DNA from: Macrostomum lignano
Taxonomy: Eukaryota
Direction: 5' to 3'
Assembly (NCBI GenBank): GCA_002269645.1
Contig: NIVC01001392.1
Coordinates: 1 to 64,000 of the forward strand
DNA length: 64,000 bases
Positions 27,901 through 37,937 of the stretch are shown here, in pieces; the stretch's first letter is position 1, and each line of letters starts with the position of its first letter. Both the position numbers and the translations under genes were made by a program. The notes beneath the pieces were generated by a model, which ran no database searches, was not told the origin of the DNA, and worked only from the letters and a program-made list of their open reading frames with translations.

Positions 27901-28052
27901 TTGATTCTCTTGCAAATGGTCCTTGTTCTGCATTGATTCTCTTGCAAATGGTCTTTGTTCTGCATTGATTCTCTTGCAAATGGTCCTTGTTCTGCATTGA
28001 TTCTCTTGCAAATGGTCCTTGTTCTGCATTGGTCCTACTGCAAATGGTCTTT
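12986..28052. repeat. ~15 kb satellite of a 32-bp unit (GCAAATGGTCCTTGTTCTGCATTGATTCTCTT; 30-33 bp variants), ~470 copies
   Basis: Continuous tandem array with no spacers. The minus strand of the consensus unit has no stop codon in any frame, which produces the 4148, 4355 and 5023 aa ORFs. Confidence 0.99.
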
Positions 28053-28406
28053 GCTGCCAGCCTTTGTCTTCTGTAAATTTTACGGAATTGTTGCGGTCTG
28101 GCGAGTCCGAGTGAACCTATAAAAATCTGCTAAATGCCTGCGTGGAAATGTCCTCTAAGTACTTTACCCACTGTGGTACGAGTGCACTCTGAGGCTCTTG
28201 CCTCGGCTGATTGCTCTGCCGCTGCATTTTCGATGACGCACAAAGGGGATTAGTAAGAGGAGAACGGGGAGAGGAGAAAGGGGAGAAAGGCAGAGCAGAG
28301 CTTAAAGGAAAACGAGGATTTGAACCGGAATAATTCTATTTATAGTCACTGCAACTGTTCTCAACTTGACTCGCATCTTCTTGAATATCTGCTTCGTCTG
28401 AAGCAT
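28039..28406 (-). other. Three putative small symmetric exons (28406-28350, 28221-28168, 28116-28039) of an unidentified minus-strand gene
   Basis: Each is bounded by AG and GT and is a multiple of 3 (57, 54, 78 nt). The middle one follows a long pyrimidine tract with a TACTAAT branch-like motif. No protein family recognised. Confidence 0.3.
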
Positions 28407-29386
28407 CTTTTTGTGATGGCAAGGTATAATTAAAGAAGATTTGAATGATTTAATAGATACGAGTAGATGATGGATAGATTAATAAGCCACCCAGCAGCCA
28501 TTGAAGAAACTCGCTGTCTATCACGCCATAAGGTCGGTCGTGACGCATGCAGCCCTGCTCTGTCTCAATCCAATCTGATCAGCTATGCAATTGCGTGACA
28601 GATTCTTCACGGGCAAAGCAGCTGTGCGCAGCGTAAAAGACGATTGCTGAAAGAAAAGTGCAAAAAGTGAAAAGGAAGAAAAGAAAATATGAGAAATATT
28701 CTCCAATCTGGTAGATTAGCGCTCGTGAATGAGAATGCTTCTGTGTCGTATCGCGCGACTCAGCGGGTGTACATTGAGTACACTAGCTGTTTTATTTTTA
28801 TCGATTGACTGACAATGCTTCATTGAGCGTGACTAGTGTGTGCGTTCTTTTAAAACCCTTGTGCTTTTATGCATCAATTATTCTTACGTTCGCTTGTACC
28901 AAAAATATAAAAGTCGTCTAGTGAGCTCAGAGCTCAATACTTTTGGTTTCTCGCACTAACCACTATATAGAGTTGTTTTATTCTGTACTTCTTGAAGCCG
29001 CCTTTTGTACTTTTCGATGCTTTTCTGTCAGCGTGCGCTTCCTCAAGTTGAAAGATGGATTGCGCGTTTTCAATTTTTATAAATTTTTTTTTTCACTGGC
29101 TCGGCGATTGAAGGGGGTCATTGGGTCGAATAATGGATTGGCATTTTATGATGTACTCGCAGGTACCTATGACTGTTCTTTACGTAATATTTGATTATTG
29201 GTAATTTTAACAAATTGGACTGAATATATTTTGTTTAAATAAGTGGAATCGTATTTTATATTAGAAGCAATGCTTTTGTGAAAGGAGTGATTATCTTGTT
29301 TCTATGCAGTGAACATGAATTGCCACTAAGATCATGGCGTTAAAATCTCCAGTAGGGAGATGAGAGATTGTCTCCAATCTGGTAGA

Positions 29387-32345
29387 TTAGACGGCCTGCT
29401 CTTCTTCATCCTCCTCGAATGCCTCCTCCTCGGCTGTGGCGTCCTGGTACTGCTGGTACTCGGAGATCAGATCGTTCATGTTGCTCTCGGCCTCCGTGAA
29501 CTCCATCTCGTCCATGCCTTCGCCAGTGAACCAGTGCAGGAAGGCCTTGCGCCTGAACATGGCGGTGAACTGCTCGGAGATTCGGCGGAACAGCTCCTGG
29601 ATGGCCGTGTTGTTGCCTGCCGGTGCGCGGGGGGCTTTAGCTTCGGCTCTAGCTGGCGGGACTGAGGCTCTCGGGCAGGGCGGGGAGGGAGGAGGGGCTC
29701 TGGGGCAGGGCGGAGAGGGAGGAGGGGCTCTGGGCAGGGCGGAGAGGGAGGAGGGGCTCTGGGCAGGGCGGAGAGGGAGGAGGGGCTCTGGGGCAAAGCG
29801 GAGAGGGAGAAGGGGGCAGAGCGGGGAGAAAGAACGGGCTCTGGGGCAGAGCGGGAAGGGAGGGGGCTCTGGGGCAGAGCGGGGAGAAAGAAGGGGCTCT
29901 GGGAAAGAGCGGGGAGGAAGGAGGGGCTCTGGGGCAGAGCGGGGAGGGAGGAGGGGCTATGGGGCAGAGCGGGGAGAAGGAAGGGGCTCTGGGGAAGAGC
30001 GGGGAGGGGGAGGGGATCTGGGGCAAAGTGGGGAGGGAGGGGGCTCTGGGGCAGAGCGGGGAGAAGGAAGGGGCTCTGGGGCAAAGCGGGGAGGGGGAGG
30101 GAGGGGGGCTCTGGGCAAAGCGGGGAGGGAGGAGGCGCTCTGGGGCAGAGCGGGAATCAAGGAGGGGCTCTGGGGCAGAGCGGTTTGGGAGGAGGCCGAG
30201 TGGGGAGGGAGAAAGGGCTTTGGGGGCATCGAAAGTAATTGAGAAGGAAAGCATTAAAAAGTGGAAGGCTGTCTTTCTATGGAATTTGGCATCCTCTGTC
30301 TTGAAAATGAACAAAAGTGCGCCCCAGACCTACCAATGAAAGTGACAGACATTTTGAGTCCCCTTGGAGGGACGTCGCACACAGCGGTCTTGACGCTGTT
30401 CGGTATCCATTCAACAAAGTACGAGCTGTTCTTATTCCTGGCATTGAGCAGCTGCTCCTCAACTTCCTTCATTGACATTCGGCCGCGGAAGACGGCAGCG
30501 ACGGTGAGGTAGCGGCCGTGCCGGGGGTCGCACGCGGCCATCATGTTCTTGGCGTCGAACATCTGCTGTGTGAGCTCCGGGACAGTCAGGGCTCTGTACT
30601 GTGCACCGCCCCGGCTGGTCAGCGGAGCGAAGCCGGGCATGAAGAAGTGCAGCCGCGGGAACGGCACCAGATTCACGGCCAGCTTGCGCAGGTCGGCGTT
30701 CAGCTGGCCAGGGAAACGGAAGCTGGTGGTGACGCCGGACATGGCGGCGCTCACCAGGTGGTTCAGATCGCCGTAGGTCGGCGTGCTCAGCTTCAGTGTG
30801 CGGAAGCAGATGTCGTACAGGGCCTCGTTGTCGATGCAGAACGTCTCGTCGCTGCTCTCGACCAGCTGGTGGACGGACAGGGTGGCGTTGTAGGGCTCGA
30901 CAACCACCTCGGATACTTTTGGCGAGGGCACCACGCTGAAGGTGTTCATGATGCGGTCGGGATATTCCTCCCGAATGCGGGACATTAGCAGCGTTCCCAG
31001 GCCCGAGCCGGTGCCACCGCCTGCGGTGTTTCAAACAGATTGCTTAAGAGTAATTAAAGCTGATAAATGTACGCAATGCTCTACTGACAGTAAGTAGAGC
31101 TGAGAAGTTTTTCAATTACTCGTAAATGCATGTATCAATAGTATCTACACCATTGGGAACCGATTAATGCATTTGCAGATCTATGCGCCCAGTCTTTGCA
31201 AGACCATGGGACTATAGATCCCCGAGGATCTGCAGAAACTTGCGGAATTTTAGTGATATAAATCAACAGAGATCTATAAATAGAAATCTACAGAGATATA
31301 TAAATAGAAATCTACAGAGATATATAAATAGAAATCTACTGAGATATATGAATAGAAATCTACAGAGATCTATAAATAGAAATCTACTGAGATATATGAA
31401 TAGAAATCGACAGAGATCTATAAATAGAAATCTACAGAGATATATAAATAGAAATCTACTGAGATATATGAATAGAAATCTACAGAGATCTATAAATAGA
31501 AATCTACAGAGATATGTAACTAGAAATCTACAGAGATATAAAAATAGAAATCTACAGAGACCTATCCAGGACCTACTAGAATGCGTGAGGATTTTTAGAC
31601 ATCAACGGGATCAATTTGAACAATCCTTCCTCCAGCTCCCCCCTCGAGTCTCACTCACCGAGCGAGTGGCACAGCTGAAAGCCCTGCAGGCAGTCGCAGG
31701 CTTCGCTCTCCTTGCGCACCACATCAATGAGAGAGTCCACCAGCTCGGCACCCTCAGTGTAGTGACCCTTGGCCCAGTTGTTGCCGGCGCCGCTCTGGCC
31801 GAATACGAAATTGTCCGGCCGGAATAGCTGTCCGAACGGGCCAGACCGGACACTGTCCATGGTGCCGGGCTCCAGGTCTACTAGAACTGACCGCGGAACA
31901 TATCGACCGCCTGCGGCTTCGTTATAATAAACATTGATGCGCTCCAGCTGCAGGTCCGAGTCTCCGTGGTAGGCGCCGCTCTGGTCTATGCCGTGCTCGT
32001 CTGAGATCACCTCCCAGAACTGGCGTTGGGGATCGGGGATAGGGATTTAAGTTGATTGCCGATAGACAGTTCCCGATAGACAGTTCCCGATAGACAGTTC
32101 CCGATAGACAGTTCCCGATAGACAGTTCCCGATAGACAGTTCCCGATAGACAGTTCCCGATAGACAGTTCCCGATAGACAGTTCCCGATAGACAGTTCCC
32201 GATAGACAGTTCCCGATAGACAGTTCCCGATAGACAGTTCCCCATAGACAGTTCCCGATAGACAGTTCCCCATAGACAGTCAACTCACCTTCGATCCAAT
32301 CTGGTTTCCGCACTGACCAACCTGAATGTGCACAATTTCTCTCAT
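29387..32345 (-). CDS. tubb: Beta-tubulin, divergent isotype, 444 aa; exons 32345-32289, 32019-31659, 31020-30334, 29616-29387
   Basis: [19 protein letters not shown] start, GGGTGSG signature and an acidic tail [21 protein letters not shown]. All three introns are GT-AG with matching phases; total 1335 nt including the TAA. Confidence 0.98.
29665..30200. repeat. G-rich ~30-bp degenerate minisatellite (GGGGCTCTGGGGCAGAGCGGGGAGGGAGGA-like), tubulin intron 3
   Basis: Repeated GGGGCTCTGGGGCA core with multiple G-runs; explains the overlapping Pro/Gly-rich ORFs 29436-30339. Confidence 0.9.
31266..31560. repeat. 24-bp minisatellite (AATAGAAATCTACAGAGATATATA), tubulin intron 2
   Basis: About 12 tandem copies. 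Confidence 0.92.
32059..32280. repeat. 14-bp minisatellite (GATAGACAGTTCCC), tubulin intron 1
   Basis: About 16 copies, filling almost the whole intron. Confidence 0.95.
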
Positions 32346-32771
32346 GCTGCCGTTACGATCTATTGCTTTCAAGTCAAATAAAATTCAAAAAGACGCCCTC
32401 GATAAAAGACGCGCAATGCCCGAAGTGGTTTGTTTGTGCTTCACGAAGCATTTGAGAATTATATTTATGCATGTGATAGCAATCAAAGTCCACAGAGGTG
32501 CAATATACAGAGAGACAGAGGTGCACAGAAACGATAGGGAAAATTGGGCTCAGCACGAGGCTATTTCAACAAAAGTACCCAAGCCCCCTGTACCTGCGCT
32601 TCGATAAGCTTGCTGACTCACCAGCCGACTGACTTGCCTCAGCGATAAGCGAACCGATAGAAGGGAGGGGCTGACCCGAGCATGCGGTGCGGCTCGCCTG
32701 GGCTCACTGGGTGACGCATCGGGCGGGGCCTCCCATATGACTGTTGCCTGTTTTTATGCCTGCTATCTGTC

Positions 32772-33067
<296 letters not shown>

Positions 33068-34483
33068 ATCTATATATCTATCGCTTTTTGTTTCATGATG
33101 CTTCTTTTATGTTTTACATGGCGCTTGTTTTTATGTTACATGGCGCATCTTTTATGTATTACATGACGCTTCTTTTATGTATTACATGACGCTTCTTTTA
33201 TGTATTACATGACTCTTCTTTTATTTTTATATGATGTTTCTTTTTTTATTCGACAAGTCGCCTCCTTTTTCTTGTTCTATCTTTAGCTATATACTAGACC
33301 TAAATATATAGCGCCAGTCACGAGGGTAATCAAGCGAACCAATCAAAGGAATGAAAACGCATATGGATAAAGTCAAAGCGGATACAGAATAGGTCTGCAT
33401 CTAGATGTATTTACGATTTAATGCGAAATGCGAGATATGAATTCTACAAATTTGATGCAGAAGTGTGAGTCACTTATAAATACATGAGCTAAATATAGCA
33501 GGATTCTGATCAAAACAGGACACAGATGGATTAAAAACATTTATTCACGAATATTATTACAATACAAGGGTTTGCAGAGGCAATATACAATGCAATAGCA
33601 CAAGATGCCGAACATGAACTATATCGTTGTTAAAGACCGGAGAAGTACTAATATTGAAACAAAATTTTATTGTTTATTCAATAATGAGCAACGTTATACA
33701 ACAAAAAAGATTTTGCCTATGCAGAAAAAAGTTTCATTTATAGGTTTTTTATTTTTCTTTAACATTTCCGGCAGCAATGTTTCGGGATAAATAAATGCAG
33801 CTAATGTTTAAATTTTTCCATTAGAGAAACTGGGCTCATTAAATTAAATGTAAGCTGGAGCAGAACCAAGTCAAAATATTTTTCTTTTTTATTTCCCCAT
33901 TAACATACTAACCTTTGCTCATGAACACCAATTAATAACATTTAAATTTTCTTAGAGATAGAGCTAGGTAAAATACTTTATGAATAGGTAAGAAGAGTTG
34001 AACAAGTAACAAATGAATTAGGAGAGTTCAAATGAATTAGGAGATTATATAATTGACAAACTACTTACTTCGATTTCAATCTATATAGCGGCTAATGATA
34101 AATTAGAAAGAGTACCAATTAAAAATGTTTTAAATAGCATGAATATAACAAAAACTAATGCATAATTGCATCAGCATTACTTGCGGAATAAAATATTTGA
34201 AAATGTTGTGACTATTAAAGTCGTTTCTAAAGTAGTCCCTAGTAACTGAAAATTTACATATACTTCAGCTCTGAAATATTTATTATCTTAAAGGATTTTA
34301 AACACTCGAGTTGCTGTATCTTAATAGCAATATTTCTTAATAAGCATCAGCGTGCAGTTGTTATGATTTTTATCACTATAGAGTTATGAAATTCAAGAAG
34401 ATATTTTATAGGTAAGGGACTATAAAATCCTAATTTTTAGCACAAAAATTCATATATTAATTCACTGTTTTATATTATAAAAA

Positions 34484-34620
34484 TCCTATATACTAAAAAT
34501 GAGTTGTCTGTATGTGGGTAGGTATGCGATAGATTTCAGAAAAAATGGCTCAACCGATTTTCTTCAAACTTGCACCATTCGATCAGAAATTTTCCTGGGA
34601 CGGTACATGCATCTTGGCTA
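34484..34620 (+). mobile_element. Possible 5' end of a non-autonomous Helitron-like element
   Basis: TCCTATATACTAAAAATGAG...TGTCTGTATGT...ATGGCTCAACCGATTTTCTTCAAACTTGC resembles the recurrent 5' motif of invertebrate non-autonomous Helitrons. The 3' CTAG and hairpin were not confidently found. Confidence 0.35.
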
Positions 34621-35087
34621 AAAAATTGCTCAATGTTAAAGGGATTAAATATTCGAAAAACATGCTTTTTTGCAAAGGTCACGCAAAATTTTCGACTTGA
34701 GATGCATTGTAAGAATGCTAGAGAAAAAACTGACTGACTGAATTCCGATTGTGATAAAGATTGCATCACAACAAGTAGAAAACAGTGCCGAAGAAATGCA
34801 CACACGACATGATTTAGATTGCGTAACCATATTGCTAACTTGAAGTGAGACTGATACTGGCTGACTGAGAAATTGATTATGTCATAACTTTTTACTCCAA
34901 TTGACTTGCTGTAAGAATTGAATTATAAGGGCCACAATTCATGTTCTCCAATTGAAAAGAGATAGCCCTGATGCGAACAGACTGGAATGCTAATATAGCG
35001 ACCTGGGTTCGAATCTTAGTAGTGCAAAAAGATTTTTTTATTAAAACACCTTAAAAACACAACAAAACTGCTAAACATCAAAGAAGC

Positions 35088-36990
35088 GCAATGTCAAACA
35101 TAGAAGAGCCAACATATCGAACATAAAAGAGTTACCATGTCAAACATAGAAGAGCCACCATGTCAAACATAAAAGACCCACCATGTCAAACATAAAAGAG
35201 CCACCATTTCGAACATTAAAGAGCCACCATTTCGAACATTAACGAGCCACCATTTTGAACATTAAAGAGCCACCATGTCAAACAATTAGGAGCCACCATG
35301 TCAAACATTAAAGAGCCACCATGTCGAACATAAAAGAGCCACCATGTCGAACATAAAAGAGCCACCATGTCAAACATATATGTGACTTTATGTCAAACAT
35401 TAAAGAGCCACCATGTCGAACGTTAAAGTGCCACCATGTGTAACATAAAAGAGCTACATCATGAAGAACATTAAAGAGCCACCATGTTAAACATAAATCT
35501 GGCATGATGTCAAACATTAAAGTGCCACCATATCGAACATTAAAGAGCCACCATGTCAAACATAAAAGAGCAACCATGTCGAACATTAAAGAGCCACCAT
35601 GTCGAACATTAAAGAGCCAGCATGTCAAACATTAAAGAGCAACCATGACAAACATTAAAGAGCCACCATGTCAAACATTAAAGAGCCACCATGTCAAAAA
35701 TTAAAGAGCCACTACGTCAAACATTAAAGAGCCACCATGTCGAACATTAAAAAGCCACTATGTCAAACATTAAAGAGCCATCATGTCAAACATTAAAGAG
35801 CCACCACGTCAAACATTAAAGAGCCACTATGTCAAACATTAAAGAGCCATCATGTCAAACATTAAAGAGCCACCACGTCAAACATTAAAGAGCCACCATG
35901 TCGAACATAAAAGAGCCACCATGTGAAACATACACGTGACTCAATCTCAAACAGTAAAGAGCCACTATGTCAAACATAAAAGAACTACCATGTCAGACAT
36001 AAAAGAGCCACCATGTCAAATTTACAAAAGCCATCATGTCAAACATAAAACAGCCACATATACGTGACTTAATGTCAAACCTTAAGGAGCCACCATGTCA
36101 AACATTAAAGAGCCACCATGTCGAACATTAAAGAGCCACCATGTAAAATACAAAAGAGCTACCATGTAAAATATAAAAGAACCATCATGTCAAACGTGTA
36201 CGTGACTCAATGTCAAACATTAAAGAGCCACCATGTCGAACATTAAAGAGCCACCATGTCAAACATAAAAGAGTCACCATGCCAAACATAAAAGAGCCAC
36301 CATTTTAAACATATACGTGACTCCATGTCAAACATTAAAGCGCCATCATGTCAAACGTATACGTGACTCAATGTCAAACATTAAAGAGCCAAATGTCAAA
36401 CAACTTAGCCACCATGTCAAACAAAGAAGAGACACCATGTCAAACATAAAAGAGCCACCATGGCGAACATTAAAGAGCCACCATGTCAAACATAGAAGAG
36501 ACACCATGTCAAACATAAAGAGCCACCATGTAAAATATAAAAGAGCTACCATGTAAAATATAAAAGGGCCATCATGTCAAACATTTACGTGACTCAATGT
36601 CAAACATTAAAGAGCCACCATGTCGAACATTAAAGAGCCACCATGTTAAACATAAAAGAGCCACCATGCCAAACATAAAAGAGCCACCATGTCAAACATA
36701 TACGTGACTCCATGTCAAACATTAAAGCGCCATCATGTCAAACATATATGTGACTGCATGTCAAACATAAAAGAGCCACCATGTCAAACAACTAAGCCAC
36801 CATGTCAAACAAAGAAGAGACACCATGTCAAACATAGAAGAGCCATCATGTCAAACATAACAGAGACAACATTTCAAACGTAAAAGGGCCGCCATGGTAA
36901 ACATAGAAGAGCCACTATGTCAACATTAAAGAGCCACGTTTTTAAACATAAAAGAGACACCGTTTCAAACATAAAAGAAGTTTCATGCCA
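35088..36990. repeat. Degenerate ~23-bp minisatellite (TAAAGAGCCACCATGTCAAACAT)
   Basis: About 80 diverged copies; explains the short ORFs 35308-36883. Confidence 0.93.
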
Positions 36991-37059
36991 AACAAAATTT
37001 AGCCACTATAAATCTAAGGAAATTGTTGCACTAGCTACTTTCTCTGGTGGATGCTTGCT

Positions 37060-37470
37060 ATTTAAGGATGGATACTTGCTATCAAGGGGATGCTTGCTAT
37101 CGGAAGGATGCTTGCTACTGGGGTAACTTGCTATTGGGAGATGCTTGCTCTTGGGGGTGGAGGGTACTTGCTATCTAAGAGGGGGCTGCTAGATATCTAT
37201 AAGGTCTCTTTGTATCCAGGTTAATGCTTGCTATCCGGGGTTGCTTGCGGTCTGGGGGATGCTTGCTATCTGGGGATGCTTGCTATCAGGGGTTGCTTGC
37301 AGTCTGGGGGATGCTTACTATCTGGGGTCTGGGGATGCTTGCTATCTGGGGGATGCTTGCTATCTGGGGTTGCTTGCTATCGGGGAGATGCTTGCTATCT
37401 GGGGGATGCTTGCAGTCTGGAGGATTTCGCTATTTGGGGATCGATGCTTGAATGCTTTCTGAGGATGCTT
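37060..37470. repeat. Degenerate ~17-bp repeat (GATGCTTGCTATCTGGG)
   Basis: Recurrent GATGCTTGCTATC core. Confidence 0.8.
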
Positions 37471-37937
37471 GCTGTCTTGGGAGGTTTTGTTTTTAGAGGG
37501 AATGTCTGTTGTTTTTTATGAAGGCTTTATTTTGCTGTCTATTTGTTATTTGTAAAGAACAAGGATTCTATCCAGATGTCCCCCATCGGGAGGCGAAGAT
37601 TGCTAGTATCTTCTAGAAATCAATCCTAAATGGAAAATTTATCCTCTATATTTCATACAGACATAGTACATTCATAAATATTATGTGTATCTATAAACAT
37701 AGAAAAAAGAAGCATCTCAGTTTATATTTTACCCAGCAAAATGCATTAAGCTATTATGGTCTATCCATTATATTATCTAATTGACAGTAGACTACCTGAA
37801 TTGTTGAATTATATTGAGGATTTCCTCTAAAGTATTTAGTGAAGTACTATTTATTTTATTCGATTTTTAAAATAAGACAATTATTATTTAAGTACATCTG
37901 CGCATATGAGATAAAAAGGAAATACTTTCCAATCCAG

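Noticed and set aside
12927-28029. 4148, 4355 and 5023 aa ORFs as bona fide giant proteins
   Set aside because: All three frames encode the same permuted 32-aa repeat from a stop-free 32-bp unit, and frame-shifting 31/33-bp units are frequent. There is no sign of codon-level constraint. Kept only as a finding to test.
12986-28052. CRISPR array (repeat length of about 32 bp)
   Set aside because: Units are head-to-tail with no unique spacers, there are no cas genes, and the context is eukaryotic.
29436-30339. Collagen-like or Pro/Gly-rich ORFs
   Set aside because: They arise from the G-rich intronic repeat and overlap the tubulin exons on the opposite strand or in other frames; there is no Gly-X-Y register.
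37839-37937. GTG-initiated N-terminus MKYYLFYSIF... of the ORF at 37839
   Set aside because: AT-rich intron-like sequence ending in a TTTCCAATCCAG acceptor; coding composition starts at 37938.
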